Shown here piece after piece: positions 47,601-58,298 of a stretch of 64,000 nt of DNA (the stretch's first letter is position 1; every line of letters starts with the position of its first letter). The notes beneath the pieces are model-generated. The model made no database searches. It had not been told where the DNA came from and saw nothing but the letters and a program-made list of their open reading frames with translations. Source of the stretch: an uncultured Acidobacteriota bacterium (GTDB taxonomy: Bacteria; Acidobacteriota; Thermoanaerobaculia; Gp7-AA8); contig CAWGHO010000001.1 in NCBI GenBank assembly GCA_963822445.1, forward strand, positions 992,001 to 1,056,000, in the 5' to 3' direction. The translations under genes and the position numbers were made by a program.

Positions 47601-50466
47601 TCAGGCCGCCGCCATCAATTGCCGCAACACGAACGGCAGAATCCCGCCGTGCTCGTAGTAGTCGACCTCGATCGGCGTATCGATCCGCACGATCACCGGC
47701 ACCTCGTCCGTCGTGCCGCCACTGCGGCGGATGCGCAACGTCGCCGTCTGCCGCGGTTTGAGTACGCCCTCGATCCCCACGACGTCGAACATCTCCGTCC
47801 CGTCGAGTGAGAGCGTAGCCGCGCTGGTCCCATCCTCGAACTGCAACGGCAAGACGCCCATCCCCACGAGATTCGAGCGGTGGATCCGCTCGAAACTTTG
47901 CGCGACGACGGCGCGGACGCCGAGGAGTTTCGTGCCTTTCGCGGCCCAGTCGCGGGAACTGCCTGTGCCGTACTCGTGGCCGGCGATGACGATCAGCGGA
48001 ATGCTCTCCGTCGCGTACTTCGTCGCGGCGTCGAAGATCGACAGCTGCTCGCCTTGACGGGTAATGCACCGTCACGCCGCCTTCCACGCCGGGCACCATC
48101 AGGTTCTTGATGCGCACGTTCGCGAACGTGCCGCGGGTCATGACCCGGTCGTTGCCGCGGCGCGAGCCGTAGCTGTTGAAGTCCTGCGGATCGACGCCCT
48201 GTTCGACCAGATAGCGGCCCGCCGAGCTCGAGGCCTTGATCGAGCCGGCCGGGCTGATGTGGTCCGTCGTCACTGAATCGCCGAAGATCGCCAGCGGCCG
48301 TGCGTTCACCACGTCCGCCGCTTTTCCGGCGCTCATGCCGAAGTTCTCGAAGAACGGCGGTTCCTGGATGTACGTCGACTTGCCGTCCCAGTCATAGAGC
48401 AGGCCCGTCGACGACGGAATCTCGTTCCAGAGCGGGTTCTGATCGGCGAAGCTGCTGTACATGCGGCGGAAGTCATCCGGCGAAAGCGCGGTGCTCATGG
48501 CCTCGCGGATCTCGTCCATCGACGGCCAGATGTCGCGCAGGAAAACGTCCTCGCCGTTCGATGCCTTGCCGAGCGGCTCGCTGGTCATGTCGATGTCGAT
48601 GCGGCCGGCGATCGCGAAGGCCACCACGAGCGGCGGCGACATCAGGAAGTTCGCCTGGATCGACTGATGCACGCGGGCCTCGAAGTTGCGGTTGCCGCTG
48701 AGCACCGACACGCCGATCAGATCGTGCGCGGTGATGGCCTCCTCGATCGACGGATCGAGCGGACCGGAGTTGCCGATGCAGGTCGTGCAACCGTAGCCGA
48801 CGGTGTTGAAGCCGATGCGGTCGAGGTACTCCTGCAGGCCGGCCTTGCGCATGTACTCGGTGACGACGCGCGAGCCGGGCGCGAATGAAGTCTTCACCAC
48901 CGGCTTGATGCTCAGGCCGCGCTCGATGGCCTTCTTCGCCAGCAGACCCGCGCCGAGCATCACTGACGGGATTCGAGGTGTTCGTGCAGGACGTGATGGC
49001 GGCGATGAGCACGTCGCCGTGGTGCAGTTCCGCGCTCGTCGTCGGAATTCCATCCGCGAGCGCCTGGGCCACGACCCGGTCCGGCGTCGGGCGGTTGTTG
49101 ACCATCTCGTACTCGGTCACTTCGCTCGTGTTGCGCGTGTCCTTCGGATGCGGCAGCGCGCCCATCTCCTGCTTGCCGCCGCCGCCGACCATGGCCTCGC
49201 GGGCGACGCCGATGACCGTCTGCACTTTCCGCTCGATCTCGCCGGCCGGTTTGCCGTAGCCGTTCGGCTGCTCGGCCTGGAGCATGTTGATGAACGTCGG
49301 CTTGAGCACGTCCAGCTCGATGCGGTCCTGGGGCCGCTTCGGACCGGCCACGCTGGCGCGAACCGTCGACAGGTCGAGCGCCAGCTCTTTCGTGTAGCTG
49401 ACCTCCCCTTTCTTCGGGATGCCGAACAGCCCCTGCGCTTTGTAGTAGTTGCGGAACGTCGCGATCTGCTCCTCGGTGCGCCCGGTGAGCGCAAGGTAAC
49501 GGCAGGTCTCCTCGTCGATCGGGAAAGTAGCCCATCGTCGCCCCGTACTCCGGAGCCATGTTGGCGATGGTCGCGCGATCGGCGACGGCCAGCGACTCCG
49601 CGCCTTCGCCGAAGAACTCGACGAATTTGCCGACCACTTTCGCGTGACGCAGGAGCTGCGTGATGGTGAGCACGAGATCGGTCGCGGTCACGCCTTCCTT
49701 CAGCGAGCCGGTGAGATGCACGCCGACTACGTCCGGCGTGAGGAAGTAAACCGGCTGGCCGAGCATGCCCGCCTCTGCCTCGATTCCGCCCACGCCCCAG
49801 CCGACGATGCCCAGGCCGTTGATCATGGTGGTGTGGGAGTCGGTGCCGACGAGCGAGTCGGGATACCAGACGCCTTCCTTCTCCAGCACGCCGCGGGCGA
49901 GATACTCGAGGTTCACCTGGTGAACGATGCCGATGCCGGGAGGCACGACCTGGAATCCGTTGAACGCCTGCGTTCCCCATTTCAGAAACTGGTAGCGCTG
50001 GGCGTTGCGCTTGAACTCGATGTCCATGTTGAGCTGCAGCGCGTCGGGACGATTCGAGAAGTCGACCTGCACGGAATGGTCGATGACCAGGTCGACGGGG
50101 ACGAGCGGCTCGATGATCCGAGCGTCTTTGCCCGCGCGCTGCGCCGCGGAGCGCATGGCCGCGAGATCGACGAGCAGCGGGACGCCGGTGAAGTCCTGCA
50201 GGAGGACGCGCGCGACCATGAACGGGATCTCGTCGGTGCGCTCGCCATTGCAGGCCCAGTTCGCAAGGGTGCGTACGTCCTCTTCACGTGATCTTCTTGC
50301 CGTCGACGTTCCGCAGGACGGATTCGAGAACGATGCGGATGCTGACCGGCAGCCTGGAGATGGCCCCGATGCCGGCCTGCTCGAGTTTGGGGAGCGAGTA
50401 GAACTGGCCGCTGGAGCCGTTGCCGAGTTGAAAGGTCGAGAGAGTGTTGAAAGCGTTGTGAGGCAT
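47601..50466 (-). pseudogene. acnA: Aconitate hydratase AcnA split by four +1 frameshifts (probable sequencing error, or pseudogene)
   Basis: [57 protein letters not shown] spread across five frame segments. Confidence 0.88.
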
Positions 50467-50482
50467 CGGGCGGACTTTATCA

Positions 50483-50658
50483 AAAGGGGGACTCGAGGGG
50501 CCTCCGGCGGCCGGGGCCACGGGCCCCGGACCCCGCTGGTTGGCCTAGCCTCCGCGACACAGTGTCGTGCTGGGAGAAACCGTCGCGGAGGCTAGGCCAA
50601 ACCAAACGGGTCCAGGGCCCGTGGCCCTGGCCGCCGGAGGCCTCCCGTCGTCCCCTTT
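50483..50658. repeat. Long (about 175 bp) palindromic REP/MITE-like element, same family as 5581
   Basis: gaggggcctccggcggccggggccacgggccc..ggcctagcctccgcgac / gtcgcggaggctaggcc..gggcccgtggccctggccgccggaggcctc. Confidence 0.85.
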
Positions 50659-50675
50659 CGGTTAAACTTCGCCCC

Positions 50676-51323
50676 ATGAATCTCGACGCACGCATTGCCG
50701 ACAAGCACCTCCTCGACCACCCCTTCTATCAGCGCTGGACCTGCGGCACGCTCACCAAAGCAGAGCTCCAGGACTACGCGCGGAACTACTTCCATTACGC
50801 CATGGCCTTCCCCACCTTCATCTCGGCCATGCACCAGCACACCGACGACATCGCCACGCGGCAGATGCTCCTCGAGAATCTCATCGAGGAAGAGCGCGGT
50901 CCCGAGAATCACCCCGAGCTCTGGCTTCGCTTCTGCGAATCCCTCGGCCTCGACCGCGATGACGTCAAAGCCGGCTCGCCGAACGACGCCACCCGTTCCC
51001 TCATCTCGACGATGAAGTCGCTGGCGCGCGAAGGCGCGCTGCATGAAGGTCTGGCCTCGCTCTACGCGTACGAGTCGCAGATCCCCTCGGTGGCCAAGGC
51101 CAAGATCGAAGGGCTGGCCAAGTGGTACGGCATCTCCTCCGATCGCGACATCGCCTTCTTCTCCGTGCACATGGAAGCGGACGTGAACCACTCCGCGACC
51201 TCGCGCGAGATCCTGGGCAACCTCTGCGACACGCCGGAGAAAGCGACGCAGGCTGAACAGGCCGCGGGGCGCACGCTCGACGCGCTCTATTCGTTCCTGG
51301 ACTCCGTTACCGCCACCAACTGA
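50676..51323 (+). CDS. CADD-family heme-oxygenase-like diiron protein (PqqC/TenA fold)
   Basis: HLLDHPFYQRW, NLIEEE..HPELW, LYAYESQ, FFSVH..AD..H. Confidence 0.82.
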   Translation: MNLDARIADKHLLDHPFYQRWTCGTLTKAELQDYARNYFHYAMAFPTFISAMHQHTDDIATRQMLLENLIEEERGPENHPELWLRFCESLGLDRDDVKAGSPNDATRSLISTMKSLAREGALHEGLASLYAYESQIPSVAKAKIEGLAKWYGISSDRDIAFFSVHMEADVNHSATSREILGNLCDTPEKATQAEQAAGRTLDALYSFLDSVTATN

Positions 51324-51327
51324 CCTC

Positions 51328-52593
51328 ATGACGCGAGCGATCGCGTTTCTCCTCGCAATCACGATCTCCCTTCCGGCCGTTGCGGCGCCCCGGCGCCGCG
51401 CGGTCGCGAAGCCGGTCTTGGACACCTCGACGGTCCGCGGCTGGCTCGAGAAGCACGCGTACCCGCTCACCGCGACCGAGCTCACGCCGTATTCGTACGA
51501 CCTCGAGCCGCTGCGCTCGATGATCGGCGATGCGACCCTCGTGGGCCTCGGCGACGGGACGCACGGAACGCACGAGTACTACACCGTCAAGCTGCGGCTG
51601 ATCGATTTCCTCGTGCGGGAGATGGGTTTCACCGCCATCGGGTTCGAGGCGCCTTATCCGATCTTCGAGCGCCTGAATCAGTACGTCCTGGGCGGCCCTG
51701 GCGACCCGCGGGCCATTCTTCGCGAGGCGCGCGTGCGGCTGTTCTACGTTTTCTGGGATGTCGAAGAGCTGCTGGCCGTCATCGAGTGGGCGCGTGACTA
51801 CAACCTGCACCGCGGCGGCAAACCGCCTGTTGAGATCAACGGCTTCGACATCTTCGACTGGCCTGCTGCAGCCGACGCCATCGTCGCCTACCTGCGGACG
51901 GTGGATCCCGCTGCCGCGGCGACTGCCGAAGCCGATTACGCTTGCGCACGGGGCGGAGCAACCAACGACACCTGCCGCGCGAAGGTGGAGGGCGCCAACG
52001 ACCGTCTGCGAGCGAACCGCGACGCGTACTCCGCTTCCGGCGCGCGAGCGTACGCCGATGCGCTCCGCCACGCGGAGATCCTCGAGCAGTATTTCAAGCT
52101 CACCCGCGACCGGTTCGACCGCGACCATCTCATGTCGCTGAACGCGCTCTGGTCTCTCGAACATCGCGGCAAGACCATCCTCTGGGCCCATCAGGAGCAC
52201 CTCGGCAACAGCCCGGCTTCGAATTTCCTGCAAGGCGGACGGCCGATGGGCCACCGCCTCGCCGAAGCACTGGGCGACGACTACTTCACCATCGCCACGC
52301 TCAGCAGCAACGCGCGCTTTCTGCTGTGGTCCGTGCCGGGCAACAACGCATACGTCGAAACGTTCGCCGCGCCGCCGGAGAGCTCGTACGAGTGGTACTT
52401 CAGTCAGCGCGGCCTGCCGGCGCTGCTCATCCCGTTGCGAGGCGCGCTCCCCTCGTGGCTCATCGGACCGGCGCAGTACCACACCGTCGGGACGAACCTG
52501 CTCGTGGCGCCGCAGGTCGTGGAATCGCTGCCGGCGAAGTTCGACGCCGTCATTTACATCGAGACCACTACGCCGACGAGGCCTTTACCTTAG
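51328..52593 (+). CDS. Erythromycin esterase family protein, secreted
   Basis: VGLGDGTHGTHE, GFTAIGFE, RD..M..N, LWAHQEH, FDAVIYI. Confidence 0.82.
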   Translation: MTRAIAFLLAITISLPAVAAPRRRAVAKPVLDTSTVRGWLEKHAYPLTATELTPYSYDLEPLRSMIGDATLVGLGDGTHGTHEYYTVKLRLIDFLVREMGFTAIGFEAPYPIFERLNQYVLGGPGDPRAILREARVRLFYVFWDVEELLAVIEWARDYNLHRGGKPPVEINGFDIFDWPAAADAIVAYLRTVDPAAAATAEADYACARGGATNDTCRAKVEGANDRLRANRDAYSASGARAYADALRHAEILEQYFKLTRDRFDRDHLMSLNALWSLEHRGKTILWAHQEHLGNSPASNFLQGGRPMGHRLAEALGDDYFTIATLSSNARFLLWSVPGNNAYVETFAAPPESSYEWYFSQRGLPALLIPLRGALPSWLIGPAQYHTVGTNLLVAPQVVESLPAKFDAVIYIETTTPTRPLP

Positions 52594-54007
52594 TCGGCCA
52601 GCCTCGCTGCCTCACCTCTTCGAACGGCACCAGCGCGTTCGCGTAGTAATCGCGCAGCAAACGCTCGTTGGGATTCCATTGCCACGCGTCTTCGAGGGTC
52701 GGCATGCCGCCCTGATCGAACAGCTCGTCGTGCCATTGCTCGACCGGTACGAGAAGGTGCCTTAGCTCGAGGACGAACCGCGCGGCCTTCCAGATTTCCA
52801 CGGGCGTCTTCTCGCGCAGCAGCCAGGTGCGCTCGCGCCATTCCTCGCGAAGGCGCGTGATCTCGGCGAGCATCTGTTGCTCGGTCAGCACCTCGCGGCG
52901 GGTGAAGGCCGTGGCCACGAGCGTCACCGGCGTCACCGGCAGCGCGTTCGAGATCTCCGACATCACCAGCTCCGCCAGCCGCTGCACTTCCGGCTTCCGG
53001 GTCGCGAACGCCTCGGACATCACATCCGGATGCGCGCGCGCGAACTCGTCGACCGAGATCGGCTCGCCGAAGGTCACGATCGCGTAGCCGTACCGCTTGA
53101 ACCGCTTGAACAGACCGCGAAAGAAATTCCGGAAGAGATAGTCGAACGTCGTTTTGAGCTTCTCTCCTTTGGTGGAGCGGTCTTCCTTGCCGAGGAGCTC
53201 TTCGGTTAGGTTGCGGTCCTCGAGGACCCGGTCGTAATTGACGGCGGTGGGGATGATGTACAGCGGCGCGGTGAACGTCGGATCGCGCTTCGCTGAGACC
53301 AGATAGTCGAGCATGCCCAGCTTCGGCTTCTGAAACGCGCCGTCGCGGGACAAGCCGCCCTCGATGAAGATCCCCTGCGTCACGCCGTGCTTGGTAATCG
53401 TCTGCACAAACTTCGAGAGAATCGCGTGATACAGCGGCTCGCGATGATTGCGGCGGACGAAGTAGCCGCCGAACCATTTGAAGACGTGATTCAGCGGCCA
53501 CACCCTCGCCCACTCACCGATCGCGTAGGACAGGGAAATGAACTTGAAGAGCATGTGCGCGACGAGGACGTAGTCCGCGTTCGAACGATGGTTGATGACG
53601 TAGACCACCGCCGCGCCTTTCCTGCGCTCGGTGAAATCGCGGATCGGTTTCCGCTCGACGACCACGCGGTAGAGGAAGTGCATGATCGCCCGGGCGATCG
53701 GCGCGCCGATGCGGTAGTACGCCAGCAGGTTGAACTTCGGAACGATCTCCCGCAGATACGCCTTGGCCTGGCGCGTGGCCTGTTCGATCGAGACGTGATG
53801 GTCGCGCGCGTAGTTCTGCACGGCCTCGACGATCTCCCGGCTTCCGAAGACTTCCAGCTCGATCTCGGCGTGGCGGCGCTTCAGTTTGAAGCGGTCGACG
53901 CGGATGCGGCGCTCGCGCTGATACCGGCGCGCGTGACGCTTTCCGAATGCCACGGCCGCAACGACGGCGATGGCCAGAACCACCGCGGCTAGAATGACTG
54001 AATTCAT
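52568..54007 (-). CDS. Glycerolipid acyltransferase (PlsB/PlsC superfamily)
   Basis: NHRSNADY, GGYFVRR, FIEGGLSRDG, NYDRVLED. Confidence 0.85.
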   Translation of the reverse strand: MNSVILAAVVLAIAVVAAVAFGKRHARRYQRERRIRVDRFKLKRRHAEIELEVFGSREIVEAVQNYARDHHVSIEQATRQAKAYLREIVPKFNLLAYYRIGAPIARAIMHFLYRVVVERKPIRDFTERRKGAAVVYVINHRSNADYVLVAHMLFKFISLSYAIGEWARVWPLNHVFKWFGGYFVRRNHREPLYHAILSKFVQTITKHGVTQGIFIEGGLSRDGAFQKPKLGMLDYLVSAKRDPTFTAPLYIIPTAVNYDRVLEDRNLTEELLGKEDRSTKGEKLKTTFDYLFRNFFRGLFKRFKRYGYAIVTFGEPISVDEFARAHPDVMSEAFATRKPEVQRLAELVMSEISNALPVTPVTLVATAFTRREVLTEQQMLAEITRLREEWRERTWLLREKTPVEIWKAARFVLELRHLLVPVEQWHDELFDQGGMPTLEDAWQWNPNERLLRDYYANALVPFEEVRQRGWPTKVKASSA

Positions 54008-54025
54008 GATGGAGGCGAAAAGTGT

Positions 54026-55759
54026 ATGACGGTCACGACTTCCGTATCACCCGCGCTTAACACACTGGTCTACCCGTCCGCACCGCAGCCGCAGTATCCC
54101 GAGCTGTCGAATCCGCGCTACAGCCCGACCACGCATCCGCTGGGCGTGTGCTTTTCCGGCGGCGGTCCGCGGTCCTTCGCGGCGTCGATCGGACAGATGC
54201 GCGCGCTGCGCAGCTCGAAGCTTTACGACCTGATCGGCGCGATCTCCGTCGTCTCGGGCGGAAGCTGGTTCGGCTCGCTCTTCACCTTCGCCGATCCCAC
54301 GATCGGCGACGACCTGCTCCTCGGCCCGCTCGTCAAGCCGGGCGACATCAAGCTGAACGCCATCGCCTCGGTCCCTCACACCTGCATCGGTTTCGGTCTG
54401 ACCCAGGCCAACAACAAGCGCATCTTCGACTCCATCGCCGGATCGTTGCTTCGCGGCGTAGCGTCGAATCGCCTCTACGCGCGGATTCTCAACTCGGTCT
54501 ACTGCAATCCCTTCAACATCGATGACGAGAACCGCTTCTTCTCCCTCGACGCGGCTTCGGTGGCGGCGGTCATCGCCAACAACACGCCCGGTTTGACTGC
54601 TGATGATTTCTACGTCGTGCGCGACAACCGGCCGTACATGATCGCTGGGGCCACGCAGGTCTATCCGGTCGACAAAGAGATCGTCATGCGGCACTTCGAA
54701 TACTCGCCGCTGTACGCCGGGACCGAACAGCTCTTCCAGAACGCGACGCCGAAAGGTCCGTTCGGCGGCGGATTCGTGCAGAGCTTCGCCATGGATTCGA
54801 GCGCGCCGCAGAAACCGAATGCGAACGGATTGATCACCGTCGACGCGCCGCTGCATCGCTTCACCATCTCCGACCTCATGGGCTCGAGCGGCGCCGCTCC
54901 CGGCTCGGTGCTGGACATGCTCGGCCTGCCGTCGCTCTTCGCCGAGTTCCACTACTGGCCGCCGCAGAGCGCCGGGGCGACGCCCGACCCGACCGTGCAG
55001 AAGATGAGCATCGTCGACGGCGGCGATCTCGAGAACACCGGCATCGTCGCGCTGCTGCGCCGCCAGTATCCGGTGATCGTCTGCTGCGTGAATACGTCCA
55101 CGCCGATGGATCCCGACTGGCAGAAGAACCCGAAGGACAAAGGCACCTACCAGGGCGTCGATGCACAGATCTCTGCCTTGTTCGGGTTCGAAGCCGCGGA
55201 GACCACCGCCACGCGCGAGGTGCGCATGCGCGCGGTCGAGGCGATGGCCGGCCCGGCACCGGCGGCGATGATGTCCATGGCTCCCGAGCTCCAGACTCCG
55301 AAAGCTCTGCGGATCAGCATCCCCCAGCAGCCGATTCAGGTCTTCCCGTCGGAGGACTGGACCGCGGTGCAGCAGGGCCTCATGAAAGCGCTCGCGAGTG
55401 GCGGACCGGTCTGGTACGCGAGCCAGCACACGATCTTCCCCGGCAATCCATTCGGCATCCCGCCCTATCCGAACGACGGCAAGGTCACGGTGATCTGGCT
55501 GTACAACCAGAAGATCGCCCAGTGGGTCTCCGCGCTCCAGCCCGACGTCCGCACGTTCCTCGGCAACACGTCCAAGCGGAACAGAATGACGAACTTCCCG
55601 AACTACGACACGGTCTTTCAGAACCGCGATCTGATCGGGATCCCGGAGCTGCTCCTGCTCACGCCGCAGCAGGTGAATCTGCTCGCGGACATGTGGAGTT
55701 GGGCGGTGCTGGAAATCGAGGACGCGATTCAGAAGGTGGTCGACGCCGCCGGGAAGTGA
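54026..55759 (+). CDS. Patatin/cPLA2-like phospholipase
   Basis: CFSGGGPRS oxyanion motif, SVVSGGSW nucleophile elbow, VDGGDLEN. Confidence 0.72.
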   Translation: MTVTTSVSPALNTLVYPSAPQPQYPELSNPRYSPTTHPLGVCFSGGGPRSFAASIGQMRALRSSKLYDLIGAISVVSGGSWFGSLFTFADPTIGDDLLLGPLVKPGDIKLNAIASVPHTCIGFGLTQANNKRIFDSIAGSLLRGVASNRLYARILNSVYCNPFNIDDENRFFSLDAASVAAVIANNTPGLTADDFYVVRDNRPYMIAGATQVYPVDKEIVMRHFEYSPLYAGTEQLFQNATPKGPFGGGFVQSFAMDSSAPQKPNANGLITVDAPLHRFTISDLMGSSGAAPGSVLDMLGLPSLFAEFHYWPPQSAGATPDPTVQKMSIVDGGDLENTGIVALLRRQYPVIVCCVNTSTPMDPDWQKNPKDKGTYQGVDAQISALFGFEAAETTATREVRMRAVEAMAGPAPAAMMSMAPELQTPKALRISIPQQPIQVFPSEDWTAVQQGLMKALASGGPVWYASQHTIFPGNPFGIPPYPNDGKVTVIWLYNQKIAQWVSALQPDVRTFLGNTSKRNRMTNFPNYDTVFQNRDLIGIPELLLLTPQQVNLLADMWSWAVLEIEDAIQKVVDAAGK

Positions 55760-56193
55760 ACGGCGACGTTCGCGACGCCGTCCGCCTCCTGCCGCTCGAA
55801 TCGCCACTGCTTCACCGCGGAGACTGCCGCTTCCGACAACCCGCAAGGGAGCGTCTTGAGGACGCAGACGCCGCCGACCGTGCCGTCGCGCCGGATGCCG
55901 GCCTGCACGATCACCACGCCGGCGATCTTGTGCTTGCGCGCGGCGGCCGTCAGCCGCGGCTCGACGCGACGGATGACGACCGGATTGGCAATCCGTCGCA
56001 ATCTCGCGTCGCCCTGAAATTCAGGACATTTTTCACCTGACTCGGGACACGGCGACGGAGGTGTCGGAAACTCCGGCGGCGCCGCGAGCCGCGATACCTC
56101 GAACAGCGTGTCGCGGCGCTCCTGATACCCGGCCAGGACGACGGCGATGATGAGGATCAGCACCGCCAGGATGAGAACGAATGCGGACTTCAT
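55729..56193 (-). CDS. TonB family energy transducer (short)
   Basis: N-terminal TM, Pro-rich linker, GVVIVQAGIRRDG..AAVSAVKQWRF. Confidence 0.75.
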   Translation of the reverse strand: MKSAFVLILAVLILIIAVVLAGYQERRDTLFEVSRLAAPPEFPTPPSPCPESGEKCPEFQGDARLRRIANPVVIRRVEPRLTAAARKHKIAGVVIVQAGIRRDGTVGGVCVLKTLPCGLSEAAVSAVKQWRFERQEADGVANVAVHFPAASTTF

Positions 56194-56627
56194 GGCCGTC
56201 CGAGCTCCATCTGGAGCACACGGCCCCGCGGCGGCGTGTGCACGAGCATGGGCGCCATCACCAGCATCGCGCCCTGCGGGAGCGTGAGATCGGCGATCGG
56301 CCCCGAAGCCGCGAGACGCGCGATCTCATCGTCGGTCAGCTTGCCCTGGCGATGGCTCATCGGAATCACGCGCATCCCTCCGCCGCCGGGATCGAGAGGC
56401 ACTCGCACGATGGTCACCTCACCATTCTGAAACCAACCCTCGGCATCGCCATCGAGGACGCTTGCATTGGCGACGACCAGCCCCGGCTCGCCGATTTCAG
56501 CCTGGAAACGGGGATCGCGAACCATGGCGTCGACCGTGGGCCGGATCGACTCGACGATCCGCTCGCAGGCACTGTCGGAGAGGACCAGGTCCGCGATGCT
56601 GTAGCCGTGGCGGTGAAGGTCGGGCAT
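56190..56627 (-). CDS. Degenerate/short phytanoyl-CoA dioxygenase-like protein
   Basis: GGMRVIPMSHRQG, GAMLVMAPMLVH; HxD motif not evident. Confidence 0.45.
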   Translation of the reverse strand: MPDLHRHGYSIADLVLSDSACERIVESIRPTVDAMVRDPRFQAEIGEPGLVVANASVLDGDAEGWFQNGEVTIVRVPLDPGGGGMRVIPMSHRQGKLTDDEIARLAASGPIADLTLPQGAMLVMAPMLVHTPPRGRVLQMELGRP

Positions 56628-56633
56628 CGATCG

Positions 56634-56717
56634 AGTGGCTAGTCGTTAGTAGCTAGTCGTTAGTAGCCCTGACGTTCAGCCGTTCTACTAACGACTAACG
56701 ACTAATCACTAGCGACT
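56634..56717. repeat. Inverted array of 7-bp tandem units (TAGTCGT / ACGACTA)
   Basis: agtggctagtcgttagtagctagtcgttagtag..ctactaacgactaacgactaatcactagcgact. Confidence 0.8.
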
Positions 56718-56720
56718 TGA

Positions 56721-56954
56721 TCACACCTTGCTCAACTCGTCATCGAGAAACCGCAGCGCGTTCTCGAGGGCCGTCTTGTGCACCGTCGAGCGCGCCGCCT
56801 TGAGCTCGCCTTCGACGCGCCGCCGGGACATTTCCAGCGACTCCCGTTTCGACCGCCGCTCGATCTCCTGAGGGGACTCGCGTTCCCGCGTGCCCCGCTC
56901 GAATACCTCGGCCTGCTGCGACTCGACCGACTTGCTCTCGAATCCGCGCGCCAT
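56721..56954 (-). CDS. Small hypothetical protein
   Basis: MARGFESKSVESQQ; AGGAGG RBS upstream. Confidence 0.7.
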   Translation of the reverse strand: MARGFESKSVESQQAEVFERGTRERESPQEIERRSKRESLEMSRRRVEGELKAARSTVHKTALENALRFLDDELSKV

Positions 56955-57036
56955 GGGAATCCCTCCTGCGAGAATAACGCCCGACCCCTTCCCGTTGCGG
57001 TAGGGCCAGCTAAATCCAATTACAGAAAGAGTTTAA

Positions 57037-58263
57037 ATGCCATTCAGTACCCTCGGACTCGGTCCGAAGCTTCTTCAGGCCGTCCGCGAGACCGGCTACA
57101 CAACGCCGACTCCCATTCAGTCCGCCGCCATCCCCCACGTGCTCGGCGGCCACGATCTCATCGGAATCGCTCAGACCGGCACCGGAAAAACCGCTGCCTT
57201 CGTCCTCCCCCTCCTCGAGAAAATCGGCCACGCGCAGCCGAATGCCGGCCCGCGCGTCCTCATCGTCGCTCCGACCCGCGAGCTCGCCGCCCAGATCGAC
57301 GAGACCGTCCGCGATCTCTCCAAACACCTGCGCGTCCGGCGCGTCACCGTCTTCGGCGGCGTCGGTGAGACCCCACAGATTCAGGCCCTTCGCCGCGGCG
57401 TCGACGTCGTCGTCGCGACCCCCGGCCGGCTCCTCGACCTCATGGGCGCGGGCCGCGTCTCGCTCCAGCATGTGAAGCACCTCGTCCTCGACGAAGCCGA
57501 TCGCATGCTGGACATGGGCTTCCTTCCGCAGATCAAGCGGATCGTCAACGCCGTTCCGCGCGAGCGCCAGACGCTGCTCTTTTCGGCCACGCTCTCGCGT
57601 GACATCGAGAAGATCACCGCCGAGTTCCTGCGCGAGCCGAAACTCGTCGAGATCGGACGCCGCGCGAATCCTGCCGAGACCGTCGAACAGTTCCTCTACC
57701 CCGTCAGCAAAAGCCGCAAGATCGATCTTCTGCTCACGCTCCTGCGCGATCAGTCGCTCGACAGCGTCCTCGTTTTCTCACGCACCAAGCATGGCGCCGA
57801 CAAGATCTCCCGCAAGCTGCAGGCGGCGAAGATCGAGACCGCGACCCTGCACTCGAATCGCTCCCAGAGCCAGCGCACGCAGGCCCTGGCCGCGTTCAAG
57901 ACCGGCCGTTGCCGCGTGCTCGTGGCGACGGACATCGCCGCGCGCGGAATCGACGTCGCGGCCATCTCTCACGTCATCAACTTCGATTTCCCGATGCACC
58001 CCGAGGATTACGTTCATCGGATCGGGCGGACGGGACGGGCGGCTGCGGAGGGAGATGCGATCAGTTTCGTGACACCCGACGACGAGCCGAGCGTCCGCGA
58101 TCTCGAGAAGATGATCGGCCGCAAGGTCGCCCGGAAGAAGGTCGCCGGCTTCGACTACTCGGACGCGCCGGCGATCGTCTCCTACCACCACAACGCCAGC
58201 CACCGTGCCCCGCAGCAGCGCAATTCGCGCCCGCCGCAGCGCCAGGAGCGCCGCCGGGCGTAA
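57037..58263 (+). CDS. rhlE: DEAD-box RNA helicase (RhlE-like)
   Basis: PTPIQ, AQTGTGKT, PTRELA, DEAD, SAT, ARGID, HRIGRTGR. Confidence 0.88.
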   Translation: MPFSTLGLGPKLLQAVRETGYTTPTPIQSAAIPHVLGGHDLIGIAQTGTGKTAAFVLPLLEKIGHAQPNAGPRVLIVAPTRELAAQIDETVRDLSKHLRVRRVTVFGGVGETPQIQALRRGVDVVVATPGRLLDLMGAGRVSLQHVKHLVLDEADRMLDMGFLPQIKRIVNAVPRERQTLLFSATLSRDIEKITAEFLREPKLVEIGRRANPAETVEQFLYPVSKSRKIDLLLTLLRDQSLDSVLVFSRTKHGADKISRKLQAAKIETATLHSNRSQSQRTQALAAFKTGRCRVLVATDIAARGIDVAAISHVINFDFPMHPEDYVHRIGRTGRAAAEGDAISFVTPDDEPSVRDLEKMIGRKVARKKVAGFDYSDAPAIVSYHHNASHRAPQQRNSRPPQRQERRRA

Positions 58264-58298
58264 GGTTCGCAACGCCGTCTCCGCATATGGCGCGAGCA

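Noticed and set aside
47601-50466. Programmed frameshifting in acnA
   Set aside because: Four independent +1 events without slippery sites are implausible as a regulatory mechanism
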